Shown here piece by piece: positions 39,437 through 53,400 of a stretch of DNA of 64,000 nucleotides. Where the stretch lies: NCBI GenBank assembly GCA_021613535.1, contig CP075493.1, forward strand, positions 6,510,001 to 6,574,000, written 5' to 3'. Under the pieces are notes generated by a model. The model was not told where the DNA came from, ran no database searches, and was given only the letters and a program-made list of their open reading frames with translations. The position numbers were made by a program, and so were the translations under genes. Numbering within the stretch: the stretch's first letter is position 1; each line of letters opens with the position of its first letter. This DNA is from Adineta vaga. Its lineage: Eukaryota > Animalia > Rotifera.

Positions 39437-39632
39437 GAAAATCATGTTTCTTTTCTTTTTTTTTCAATAGATTAGAATAATTTGTTCGTCAGTATATCAC
39501 CTCATGAGAACAGACTGTTTGTTATGAAGTAAATGACTTACAAATATTTTGCTTTTTCTCTGTTTTAAAAGAATACAAAAAGGAAAGAAAGAGACTAGAT
39601 CATATTTCTTACCAGTCATTGCTATTTAACAC

Positions 39633-40594
39633 ATGCAAAAAGAATCAATTGATATGACAAATTATTCAATGTTCTTAACTGCCCAACAACAACTTTATGA
39701 TTATGCAGTACGTTTACGTTTAACTACGTCGATACCATCAGATTTACATTCATTATATACTTTACAACATCGATTTGGTCAAGAACCTAAGCCATCCTAT
39801 TCTTATATTGGACTTATTGCAATGGCAATTTTAAGTTCTCCAGAACAGCAACTTGTTCTATCGGATATATATCAATGGATATTAGATCATTATCCATATT
39901 TTCGTACCAGAGGTTCTGGATGGAGAAATTCTATTCGACATAATCTTTCATTAAATGATTGTTTTGTTAAAGCTGGTCGATCGGCAAACGGAAAAGGACA
40001 TTATTGGAGTATACATCCAGCCAATTTAGCAGATTTTCTCAGTGGAGATTTTCGAAGACGTCGCGCACAACGACGTGTTAGGAAAAGTATGGGACTAGCG
40101 GTACCTGGCGATGACGATGACGATGAAGATGATGTACAAGATTTGTTGCCAATAGATGGTCCAGAACATCTTTGTGAGCCGTAAGTTTCAAAACAGGAAA
40201 TTATTATTTTCTTTTAAAACAACATACAAATTTATATTCTAGTTCTTTAACAAAATCTCCAACGGAAAAACTTCGTACCAATGTAAATAATCTACCACTT
40301 TCAACATCTACTAACAGTACAAATGATTCGAATGATCTTCTACGACGTTATTTCAATGATCTACAAAGTATGGTCATGTCATCATCATTGCCATCTCATG
40401 TGGAATCAACTTCTAGACATCAAAATTCAACAAAACAAACGCCACAAAAACGTTGTTTCGATGTTGATAGTCTGTTAGCACCTGATCAACCACGTTCAAT
40501 TAAACGACACAAATCTCATTTAGATAGAAATGAAGATACTTTTAGTCCATATTCAAAATCAGATGGTTCTACAGATACAGAAACATCCACTTAA
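39633..40594 (+). CDS. FoxQ2: Forkhead transcription factor FoxQ2 (fd102C-type)
   Basis: EPKPSYSYIGLIAMAILSSPEQQLVLSDIYQWILDHYPYFRTRGSGWRNSIRHNLSLNDCFVKAGRSANGKGHYWSIHPAN...GDFRRRRAQRRVR, plus a C-terminal eh1-like motif FDVDSLL. Two exons. Confidence 0.92.
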
Positions 40595-40631
40595 CTACTT
40601 TCTTCGTATTGAATTTAATTTTATCTTATTC

Positions 40632-40655
40632 AATAATAATAATAATAATAATAAT
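40632..40655 (+). repeat. (AAT)8 microsatellite in the FoxQ2 3' UTR ending in AATAAA
   Basis: Read directly from the sequence. Confidence 0.8.
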
Positions 40656-41239
40656 AAAGTTTTTCTTCACTTTCGAAAAGCATAGTACACCGATTGGTTT
40701 AATTTTCCATTTTTATCATTATTAGTAGGACTAATGCATACATACCAATCATGTCAATTGATAAAGAAAAGAAAAGAAAAGATCCTAACGATTGCTATCA
40801 CCTTTTCTTCTCATTGTCAATTGAATTCGAACGAATAAAAGTTGATAGTATATTACCCATGAATTCGCATCTCTTTCTGTACTGAACGTACCTGTACATT
40901 AACACTCTATTATAGAAAGATAACGAATGAATTGCTTTCTATATAAGACAAGATATCAAATACAGTTGTTATTTATGTTATACACAAGTTCACGTCTTCA
41001 TTTAATTTTTAATAAAGCAAAAAACAAGTATGGTTAAAGAAAAAAACTCGATGTTAAATCACCAGATATGTAGAGAGCATATATATATATATATTTGTCT
41101 TGTCGTTGTTGTCTTGTGTAGATAAATATGAGATTTCATAGACTAGGAAGAATGAACGAAGCGAAAACAAAAATGTACGGTCTTTCACCGGTTAGTAAAG
41201 CATGAAATGTATGCACATATGATGTAATTATTTACTGTT

Positions 41240-44200
41240 TTACTTTCGAGTAAGTCTTGATGGTGATTCAAATGGATTGAGACGACGATTCATATAATCA
41301 TTTTCATTATTATTCATTTGTAATGGACGTTTTGCTCGTGATAAGGCTGAATTTTCATTTAATAATTTTTCTTGCCGTTTACTAAGTGATTTTTCTGGTG
41401 GCATACTTAGTGGATTTAAATTACGTCCATAACGTGTTTCAATATCGTCAGAATTCATCATTGGATAAGGATTTTGAAAACTATTGGTCATTGATGTTGG
41501 CATAGCAAAATCAGGTTCATAATCAGTTGGTGGAGTTGTCACGCTTGATTTTGGTGGTACCGAGGAATTATTATTTTGATGAGCACGTCCATTTGTTTGA
41601 CCAGGAAGATTTCCCATTTGAGGAAATTGAACTTCTTCACGAATAAGATCAGGCAGAACATATTGATTTTTCTCTTCATCATAACATGCTTGTTCAATGA
41701 TTCTTTCAGGATTACTATAATTACAATTACGTTGCATAACATGACTCATTTTTTCAAGCATTGTACGATAAAGTAATAAACGTTTTTCTTGTTCACGAAT
41801 TATACTTAAATAATTTTCACGTTCTCTTTGAAATTCATGTTGTAAATCTTCATTATCACTTGTTAAACGTTTATTTTCTATAAATTGATCATCAAGTTTT
41901 TTACGTGTAAAATGAAGCTAGAAAAATAAGCATTTAAACGTTGTCTTTTATTCAAATAATGAAAATATAGTCAAAGTTTCTCATTCATTCCAAACGAACT
42001 AACCTCTTCTTGGGCATTATCAAAAACGCGCATCATTGTATCATCATCTTCAGCATTAATAGCACCACCAAATCGTTTACGCTGTTCTTGTTTTTCACGC
42101 ATTTCTGTCAATTTCTTCTTACGTTTTTTCTTTCGTTCTTCATTATTGGCATCTTCACCACCAACTAATTTATTTTCCAATTCATGTAAACGTTCGAGTT
42201 TTTCATTTTCATCCATTGGTTTTGAAGGTCCTGATAAATCATCACCATTCGTATCTGAACTATTTCCATTAATTTCTCCATCACGTCTTTGTTTTAGAAT
42301 ACCACCTTTCTTCTTCGGTTTATTTCGATCATTACCAGTTGCTGCTGTTGATGAGGTTTGTTCATCTAACAGTTGAAAAAGATGAATATTTCATAAGAGA
42401 AATGTTCTTTTTTTATTTGTTTGATTTACTTTCTCCTCTTGTTTGATTATTATTCAAATCATCGAGATCGTGATCATATTGTACTTTTAATTCATTATAT
42501 TTTCGTTGAAGTTCTTCTTTAGTTAAACGTTCTGCATCACATTGTCGACGTACTTCGGAAACTTCACGTTCAAATTCAGCGCGTAATCTTTCTCGTTCTC
42601 TTTCAATTTCTTCATCATGATCGAAATGAGATGCCTAAATCAAACGAAAACTTGTTTTTCTGTTGTGATATAAATCATAAGATGATCTAAGAATACATAG
42701 AAAACATCATAATTTCAATAATCATATACGTGCAAAATAAACTTACATCGCCATTATTTAGATACGATTGATTTGCACGAGGATTTCCTGTATTGATAAG
42801 TTCTTGTTTTAATCGATTGATTTCTTCTTGTAACAATTTCATTTGAGCATCACGAGGATCTTCATTAATACGTGGTTTATTCTTGATATTCTTCGCTCGA
42901 TTTGCATCTAAGAGAACACAGTATCTGATTGAAAATGGATCAAAACAAAATTGCAAACCTACATCGTAATGTTGAAAGTGTTTCATCATAATTATCTTGA
43001 GCTGGACTGATGGCAGCGACCTTCAGATGAATAAATAAAAAACAATGAATTAATTCAGATGATAACGACATTTCTTACCATTAATGTTTTCGTATTTCCA
43101 CCAAGTGAATCTTGTAACATACGTGTTAATTTTGAATCTCGATATGGAATATGTTTTGAACGACCATCTACCAATGCGGAAATGACATTACCCAAAGCAC
43201 TTAATGATAGATTAATACGAGTAGCTTCACGTAAACGATCACCTTCCGCGTCTAGATTTATAAATACGAATATTGTTTATGCTCTAATAAAGAGACTATT
43301 TCAATTCATACGAGTTTTCGATTGTCGTTCACTGCCAGCTAAATCAACAAGATTGAGTTTTCCAGCACGAATATGTTCTTTGCCATCATGTTCACTCTTT
43401 GTACATACTTCGGTAACAATAGTAAAAATTGAATGCGATCGAGATGAATCTTTATTCATAAGTGTTGCGCCTGTAGCTCGATTTTTATTTCCTTTATCCA
43501 TCAAACGTTCACAATCAAGAACACTTGAACATTGATGCCATGTCAAGCTTTGGACATGAACACCTTTATCAGGATATTCCTTTTCAAGGAAAAGAATGAA
43601 ACAATGAATTCGAAAGAGAAAGACTATTAAAATAATGTTTACCTTCAAATCAAGTGTCGCTTTTACATCTTTACTAAGTAAATCACGAATATTTTCGTTA
43701 TAAATTTCAAGATAAGATGCGCGAATCAAATATTTTGCACCGGTTGCGACAGATGATGCTTCGAATATATGCTAAAATGATATTCAATATTCATTTTTTC
43801 GTTGAATGACAAAAAAATTTTAATATTTCTTACTTCAAATGATCGAGGAATAACACCACGTTGTAATGATCCTGGAGTGTTGATACCTTGCATTGTAAAA
43901 GATTTTCCACAACTAACAAAAGTTAAATTCATTTGTTCTTCTCCAAACAGATGAAAGTAATATTGACTTACCCAGTTTGACCGTAAGCAAATACAGTTGC
44001 ATTGTAACCTTCGAGTACCTGAGAAAAAGAAGAACTCATAATCATTTTTTGTTTTTTTTTGTCTATGAATTCTTAAACATACACTTTCAACAAGAGGAAA
44101 AACTGATTCAGCATAGAGATTTTCTGTAATTGAATCTTCAGGATAGACAGCATCGAAAGTAAATTGTTTTGGTGGTTCATTCGATTGTTCAACATTTTCC

Positions 44201-44377
44201 AATAATACTTGATTAGCTTTCGTATTCATTGAAATAACTGTCTAGAAAACAGATCATTCGTAGTTAAAATATATTTCTTGATAAAATATTTTGTCTTACT
44301 TGACCATTTAAATTCATCTCTCGTTGATTCATCGGTCTACATCTGACAATAACTCGAACGGTCTCACCACTAGCCAT
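41240..44377 (-). CDS. KIF17: Kinesin-2 family motor, KIF17/OSM-3-like
   Basis: [17 protein letters not shown]...[11 protein letters not shown]...[16 protein letters not shown]...[13 protein letters not shown]...[14 protein letters not shown]...[23 protein letters not shown]...[18 protein letters not shown], then a coiled-coil stalk and the tail motif CNYSNPERI. Confidence 0.88.
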
Positions 44378-45581
44378 TGTTGACGATTTTTCTTATCGAT
44401 CTGAAATGATAATAGAGAAGCGAATATGAACGAGCAACAAATACCGATACTCTAGTACATTATAATTTATGCTACGTATGTCACTTGATATTGAGTGTTT
44501 TTCTGAGAGAGAAGAACTATTAAAATAAAAAGAAATGCAAGGAAGAAAAACCATCAGAATGTTTGTTGCTATTCGAGATGCAACAGTTAACCTTTATAAG
44601 GAGAAAGAGGACGCTGTTGTGCAAAATAAAATAAACATTCAAGAAAGATATTTCAAGAAACAATTTAGATTGAGATTTATACTAAATTTTGAATGAATCA
44701 TCGGTCAATTTATTTACCTAAATGTTAAGAGAAACAAACATATGGTGTGAGATAACCTTCGCTATAAATAAAAAGTGATAATGTAAATTATCAAGCGAGT
44801 ATTTAAGTAATGGAAAACATACTTATCTACGTTCTTATAAAAATGAGCTGGTGACATTGCTGTCAAATGCATATTCTCAATTTCAAAATATTTCGTCATT
44901 TCTAACTAAATTAATGTTTTATAATTGAAAGATATTTTTATACCGTGAATGTCTTTGATTTGGAAATAATCACAAAATATAATCTTGTTTCATTTATAAA
45001 GTAAAGCATTCTCCATATCACATTTATCTTCATCATTTACTAAACAATAGTGTTAGTTTTGACTTAAAACTACCGTTAAATAAACGTGCCGTATCAAAAT
45101 CAGTTATATGAAATATTGTTGAAGAATAACTTCTGCAAAAGCTCTTCTATCTTCCGTTTATTATCAATGATCATCTTTCTGTTCATTAAAAGTTCATCAA
45201 GGAACACAAATAATAAAATGAAAATGAACGATACATATATGTATATGTTGTTTTCAACGAGACTTCTACATAGAAGAATGTCTTTTATCACAAAAGAAAT
45301 CCACGTCAAAAACAAATACAACGACTAAGTTTTGTTCTCCAAAGATGTAGGAATGAAATGTGATGTTATAACATAGCAATAAGTGAAAGAAAGAAAGAAA
45401 ATAATTTACATCGAAATAATACTTTCTGAAGGAAAGAAACGATGTTGTGCACTGGTTATTTTGTTTGTTTGATAATGATAGTGATAGAAGTTTCGGAAGC
45501 GAAGAAGAACGAAGAAAAAAATGAATCAATGAATACGTTATAGGTAAAAAATACGATAAAACTCAACAGTAATGATTAACA

Positions 45582-48561
45582 TTACTGTTGAGAATGCCAA
45601 GTGGAATTATGAGGTGTACGTGGCTGCTGCTGCTGCTGTTGTTGTTGCTGATGATGATAAAGATTTCGATTGTTATTACCGCTGTATGAAGCACCAGTTC
45701 GATTATTCTTTGATAAATAAGTTTATTTATAAGATGATCATGTTAATACGAAAGTCAAAAAAATACTTACACGATTATCAATTGAAGGATAAGTCATCGA
45801 TCGATCTTGATGTGAAGTGTAATATGTTGGCACTGTATATAAAAATGGATTAATTAAGAAAGCTGTTGTTGGACTAGTAGCTGCCAATGGAGCTCCCTGA
45901 GGGAATGTTGCTGCATTTGCTGACAATTTACTTGCTATCAAAGGATCTTTTGATGATTGAGGAGAATTTGATGCTTGTCCATAATGTGTATGAACTTCTT
46001 TATCGTATGAATACTGATCTAAAGATAAAGAAGGAGTATTTAAGATTATGAAAATTATAATAGAAACCATATTTAGTTGGTTGCATTGAAGCAGATTGAT
46101 ATGCTTGTTGGGTTGGATAAGTTGGTATGTAATCTAAGAAGAAATCGAATAATTACTTTGTTTCTTTTTCTTTTCACGTATTGATAATGATCTTACTAGC
46201 TGGTTGATATGTGGGATATGGTTCAAATCCGGCAGAAGGCCATGAATCAACAGATGTTGCTATGACTGGATAAAGCTAAAAACAAACAGTAATTTGTTAG
46301 AATGTATATGAACAAAGAAAAGAGAAAATAAGCAATTGATCAAATTTGGAGAAACTGAAAAAACCATCTAAGATGATCTCAATTTGTTTTATTACAAAGA
46401 ATATGTTAAGTATGACTGATGAATAAATCAATCATTCTCCTTACTGTAGGTGTATATGGATATGTTCCAACAAAAAATTGTTGGGGTGGTAATTGATAAG
46501 ATGCTTGTTGAGGATAACTTCCAGGTTGTATCATATTTGATTTTGATGCTGTTTTATAAAGTGATGGTTGTTGATTCCAGTTTGATGCTGTTTGAGAATA
46601 TTCACCAGCAATTGGTCTAACAAAAGAACACTGTCATTATACGTTCGATCAACAGAAATATCTTACTGGAAAGCGCTAGCTGTGTTGTAAGGTGTAAAAG
46701 CTGATGGATTTCCACCTGAATCATTACTTTCATTCGATACAAATGGATTATTTGTTTGAGCGGATAGTGTTGTATACTCTGCAGTATTTGGCGTTGATGT
46801 TGGTGGTAAATGTGTTGGATCAGTAACGGATGATGATGAAGAAGGATCTTGTAACGATGCTTGCTGTTGTCGTAATGATTCAGTTAAATGATCAGATAAA
46901 TGAGAAGTTCCTTCCACAGGTACACTTGTTGCATTATTTGACTACAAAATAGACAAACAGGAATAAGAATTATTTCATAAATGAAAATATTCATGTCATT
47001 ACAGCATTATTATTTGATATTGAAGAAGTTGAAAGTCGATTGGTAATTTCGTTTAATTCCCTATCAATTTCATTCATTGCTTGACGATTGTTATAACTCG
47101 ATGATAGACTATTTTGAACACTGAAAAACAAATGTATATGCAAAACATAAAATAACTATGAATATATATTTTATTCATCACTAGAGGACATGATTTCAAC
47201 TACAGGAAAACTTTATTTGCTTCTCGCCACTTCACAATTTGAGTTAGTTCAGCAAGGCTCATATTGATTGCAATAGAATATACTACATGTGAAGGCTGTC
47301 ATAACTGACTAGAACTTGTCTATTGTACAGAATTCAGAGAGTATTCTTTGTATATAGAATAGAAAAATATAGCATACTCTAATTGATGTTCATGATCATC
47401 TAATGATTTCACCAAAACAGAACTATTGGACGGAGTAATTGTCATCGGTATGGAGTCATTCCATTGAACATCACCAAACTGAATATCAATTGGTTCAGTA
47501 GAAAATTGAACTGTTGGATGCATTGATACTGGTTGTTGTGGAATTGATGATGGCATCGGACGTTTCGTAGTGGTAGCGAATGAATTCGTTAATTTTTGGC
47601 TATTGTCAAATGTTAACGATTGTGTTGGACCATCCGTAAATTCATATTCATCAGCTGATGATATTGCTGATGATGCTGTTGCTGCTGGGAGTGTTGTTTC
47701 TTCTTTTTGTTTCGATGCTGGAATCAGTTCACTCGGGTTTTCTTGTATTGGCAATGACTTATTATTAATATTTGTGTTATTGGAATAATTAGTACGAGCT
47801 GGATAACGTGGATTTGTTGGAATTGAATGATTGCGACCGGGATCATTACCTGTCGAGAAAAGAGCAAGAAGATTGAAGAAATGATTTTCAAATATGACTA
47901 ACCACGTCTTCCCGTATTCGTACGAGTTGATGATTGTTGATAAGTTTCTTGTCGTTGACGTCCTCCAATAGCAGTATTATTATTACCACGAATTAATGAA
48001 GTTGGAGATGCACGTTGAGATAATGATCGTTCACTCTCATTCTGTGTATTTCCATTAGACACTGAATCGACAACATGATTGTTATTATGATTTTTCTTTT
48101 TATTATTTGATTTTGCTGTTTGCCAACCACCATCCTATACAGATGAAGATAAATTTATTGGCAAAGTTTGTTTTCGAAATTATTTTACCTCGAAATCACC
48201 CGCTTTTATTCTGGATATTGTATTTTGTATGTTATAATCACATTCATGATGAACAAGAGCAATTAAGTCAGGATCAATATCTTTACATACTTCTTGAATC
48301 TAAAATAATCACTGAAATAAAGAAAAGATAAGTTCAAATTTTGCATTTTACTATTGATATCTGCTTTTTAATAGTCACATCATCGAGTTTTTCTGGACGT
48401 AGTCGAGCAAGAGATGTCTGACCGATGTCATATATTTTTGATGGCTAAAACGTACATATGTAAAAAAGATGTCTAATCGATTTGATTTTTCTTTTCAAAT
48501 AACTTACATCAGATCGATTATTAGTTTTCTCTTCGTTCAATGTCGATGAAAAACTTGCCAT
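45582..48561 (-). CDS. UBAP2/UBAP2L (lingerer)-like RNA-granule protein
   Basis: N-terminal UBA-like segment (LARL...IKKQISIIQEVC...LIALVHHECDYNI...GWQTAKSNNKKK), RG-containing basic region, DIQFGDVQW motif, and a long S/T/P/Q/Y low-complexity C-terminus ending ...STWHSQQ*. About 11 exons. Confidence 0.65.
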
Positions 48562-49014
48562 AATTAACACAATAAGATGAATAAATATGTGAAATTCTCA
48601 AATAATATCATTATAATTAACTGATTATTTCATCTTCAAGAAAAAAATATATTCATCAATATGATTTTGTTTTGATATTTAAATTAGTTTTAGTCACTTT
48701 TAAACAAGAAGAAAAACAGAACGAGAGAGCCTTCGGAACAAGAATTTTTTCTATTTAGGAAAAAAATATATCAACGAAGAATCATCCATTGATAATCTCT
48801 GGACAACCAATAGGAAAAGTGTAACACATTAATGCATTTTGTTTTCATTCTAATTGTGAAATGGTCAAAGGTGTTCAGACAATAGAAATGATTCTGGCAT
48901 GAAGCCAAAAAGGATATATCAAGACGGACGATGAAGAGCAATGATTATCATGTACATGAACATCACTGATCATTGTTTTGTTTCTATTTTAAGTTTTAGA
49001 TCGAATCCTATCCT

Positions 49015-50456
49015 ATGGATATCAATCATTCGACCGGCAATAAAATGCCGAGTCAAGAACATTTGAATTTTATTAATAAATTAGATGACGCAAAAATTCC
49101 TCGACAAAGTCAATTAATCGCTAGTCGTTTATTTATGAAAAATTTTCCTCGTGAAGTAAAATCGTCAATTGTTTCTTTTCCTATTTCTTTCTCGTTTGGT
49201 TTCATAGACGACTAGTGCAGAAATTGAACAATGTTTTCAAACATTTGGTCCTGTACATGATGTGAAAATAATTGCAAAAGAAAATACGTATGAAGAAGAT
49301 TTCATAGAAGAAGATTTGATCGTTTCATTCATTTTTAGACATTTTGCATTCATTTCATTTGTTAACGATAATACAGCATTAGATGTTCTACGTCAACATG
49401 CAATTGTACCAATTACATTTCAAAATCGTTCGATTATTTTAGCACCTGCGTATAAAAAAATGAATAATCCACCCTCAACAAGTATGAATTGAATATCTAA
49501 TCTATAAATAGACAGTGATTGATCAATTAGAAGGCGTATAAAAGTAGACTTTGATGTTTATGTTAGATATTAAGTACTAAATCATCATCATCATTGTTTT
49601 AGAAAGTTATCAGTCAGGAAAATGAGCACTTATTTCCGGTAGCACGAACATATTTCAAACATATCTCTATTAATTGTTGTGTACCTGTTAAAGATAATGA
49701 ATGTCTGAAATTAGTTTCTTTTTCAAAAGGACATAATATGTTATTCAATTAACTGACGAAGAACATGTTGACATTAGCTAAAAGTATATTGTTTAAGTAC
49801 AAATTTTATCGATTTTTCTCACATAAATTTTATTTCATAATCAATTTCTATGCATGTGTTCTTCTTCTAGGTCCTTCATCCTATTATTCTACAAATGGTT
49901 CGGCCATGACACCACCCCCTACACCTTCTCGAACAGGAGGAATCAATGGAACATCTCAACAGCCATCAACACCATTTAATCAACAACAACAACAACAACA
50001 GCCGATGTCAGTTCCACAACAAGTCTATCCACCCATATTTTTTCCTGTCCAAACTAACGTATGTTATTCTATACTTCGTTTTTTCTCGTCTTATATATTT
50101 TATTCAGATGCCTTTCGTTCCAATGACTGGTACCTATTTGGTACCACAAGGTGCACCACCACCGGTAATGAAACTCTTCTAAATAATACTTCATTTTATG
50201 ATTATTTATTTAGCAATTGCCACCCTCTTTCTATCCAACATTTTATACGCACGGTGCTGCTACTCATCAAGTAAGTGGACACTCAATCAATGGAGTATAG
50301 TTTTTATTAAATATAATTTTAAAATTTTTCTTTTTCTTCTTTCAGCATGCTTATGTACCACATCCTTATATGTATTCAATGGGTCCGCCACCCATTCCAG
50401 GGCAATATCAAACAACAACATCAACAAATGATGTGTCTATGGCAAGCGAATATTGA
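49015..50456 (+). CDS. Single-RRM RNA-binding protein with P/Q/Y-rich tail, divergent Boule/DAZ-like
   Basis: Spliced RRM LIASRLFMKNFPRE|TTSAEIEQCFQTFGPVHDVKIIAKENT|HFAFISFVNDNTALDVL...IILAPAYKK, followed by four short P/Y/Q-rich exons ending MASEY* (TGA 50454-50456). The RRM is clear; the Boule assignment is tentative. Confidence 0.7.
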
Positions 50457-53400
50457 TTCAATCGTGTATCTTTTTTTCCGGCCTTCCTACAATTCTTTTT
50501 GCTAGTATTTTTTTGCTCAGGTCTCTTCTACTAACGAATGTTTCCAAAGAGAAAAAAAAACTTCTAAGTCGATCTCGTGCTCTTTCGGTGGAGAGTGTGT
50601 GTGTGTGTTTCTTCATTGCTTTCATTTTTCTCGTCTTCTTCTCTTTTCTGGATGTGTGTGTGTATATCTAACGATGGTGCTTCTTCTACCGGTGTATTAT
50701 CAAACACATATAATGTGAACCTTTTTCTTTTCTTTGATTATTTGTGTATACAGCGTGATATCTTTCTCTTTCTCTATCATCTATAGTGTTCTTTCATGCT
50801 TCTTTCTTCTTCTTCTTCTTCGTTTTTCTCGATGTCAGATGGTGAATACTGAGAAACAGCTATACCGGTTATTTTTTTGTCAGATATAAACATGCGATGC
50901 CATGATTTTCTCTTTTACTATCTTCCATCTTCGTCTTCTTTTTCCTCTATACCGTCGTCTGTAATAAAGATTCAAAAACCTTAACTAGAGCATTTGCGCC
51001 GTATTCTATTTATAATGACAGAGAGAGGGTAAAAAAACATGGAAAGCATTTGTATATTATATAATTGATATATATAAAAAGGATGTCATAAAATAGGTGC
51101 AAAATTGATGATAGATCTCGTTCGTATCTGTCGGAGAAGTGTACATTTTTGACTTGTTCAGAAAACATCTCAATTATTTCTAGTTCTGAATAGTGCTCGC
51201 ATTTATTGAAACCAAGAAAAATAAATCTATTATAGTTTGAATAAACACTTATATTATCTATTTTAGATTTATTTCTCCGTCAACTATTTCTGAACGAGAT
51301 AATCAAATGTCTTGGTAAGATAATATTCTAACATCATTTTTAGTCTTTTTTTCAGCTTCTTTAGTCGAGAAAAAGCTTATATTATTTGACATGTGTTTCT
51401 AAATATAGATTTTTATTTAAACTGAAGACGTCTCGCGAGTTTTTTTTCTTCTAAAAAATCTCGAATAAAAGAGTACGATAGTTATGAGAAAATATTTAAC
51501 AAGAGAATACCATAATGCTTCCAGGAAATATTGTTGTTTCATGACAATTTCTTTTCCCGAACAATAAAAACGGATATTTGTATTAGAGTCACATAAGCAA
51601 AAGATTATTATCTACCGTTTAACAACATGGTTGTTTCTTATTAACTTGAGCTTTTATTCTCAACATAGAAAAAAGAAAAAGATGTATATATTGCAGTATT
51701 AACTACTTCATTTCATCTTTTTTTTTGTTTCTACTTCATCATCATTCTTACATAATAGTCTAGACGATGTCGATGGCAGCGACGGAGACGGTTAGTTACA
51801 TAGTTTTATTTAGTCTGTCTGACTAGAAAGATATATATGTATATATGCATACTAAATCAATGAATTGATGATGAAAGAAGTGTAGTCAAGTTTATAACCT
51901 ATGCTATAACAATTGTTATTTTTCTTCGATGACTTTTTATACAATATAATTGAAACGAAAAGAGAGTCCTGTTTCTTAGATGCTATATAAATCATCCTTC
52001 TTGTATTTGCGTGACAATATATATTGACGTGCTGAGCAGACGACAGAAAATAGAGAAGAACTCATATGTCACGTAATTAAGTACGGGCATATTTTTAGTT
52101 TGTCAGCAAACAACGTCGAATATCCTTGAAAAGGTTATTTGAAAGAAAAAGTGCGCAGACTAAATACACACTATACACGACGTGCTGAATGCTATTGTGT
52201 TTTTTTATGTAAATTTTTATATGATGTACTCAATAATTTGACGATAGCATCAAAAAATATAACGCTCTCGCTTGGACTGATATTGATAAGAAATATTTTT
52301 TGCATTCCTTAGAACGTAGACAAACCTTGAATTTAACGCTTAATGAAACTATTTTAAAATTTTAAAATTAGCTTTTGCAAAATATTATCTACTAGACAGA
52401 AAATATAGTTAATTATAGACAAGTTGAATATTTTAATATAATACAAAGTCGTTTGAATTGATATTCGTTAGTAAACAAGTATAATATCGTAATATTTCTT
52501 AATGATTGACTTGTTTTTTATATCAACAACAAATACTTACAAGGACATTGTTTGTCTGTCTATCTTGTTATCGTTTTTATTCAACGACTGACAAATGGAT
52601 CAATCATTACCCTTGCTATTTTTGGTAATAGTTATTTGTTGTTGTTGTTGTCTTGAAACACAACAACATGTCTGCTAAATTGTTCTCCGATTAAAACACG
52701 AAAAAGCAATTGATTGATTTGTCCGCAGAGCATAATACCCTTCGCTTTTTTCTCTTCATTCTGTCCGTCTAACATAATAGACAGATACCTCAAAAAAATA
52801 CTTCGATTATGACTAATGTTAAAAAAAACATCAAATGTAGTATTTAGGTATAGAAAAGATCGTGTATTTTGCTATTTATTAACAATTAAACACCTCCAGA
52901 CAAGCAATGTACTTTTTTGTCCTCATATTTTTCTTTGCATGATGCTTATTACTATATCATTTTTGATTAAGCGTAGATTATTCTGTTTTAAAATAAAATT
53001 TATATCGCACAATGATGAAAACATTTCAATTTTGAAATTCATCATAAAACAATGTGTATATTTAACATGATAAAGAAGAAAATATGTCTTCATGTGGATT
53101 CTTCTTCTTATTCTCTTCTTCTTCTTTTTCTTCTTCTTCTTCTCCTCCTTTTCTTTTTTAGAAACCATTGGTCGTAGATTTAGTCGACGGTTTCAGTCTG
53201 CTGTGTTTTGTTGATAACGGAAATAGACATGGCGAGACGCACTCAACAGTACGTTGAAAGAGAGCAAGATGTTGATGATTAGACATTATATCATCGCAGA
53301 CAGACGGCAAGCGCAAAAAAAAACGAGAAAGAGTCGAGAAAGAAAAATTAAGAGCAGTAGACATGCAGAACATAAAGAAAAACGACGACCAGACAGAAAT

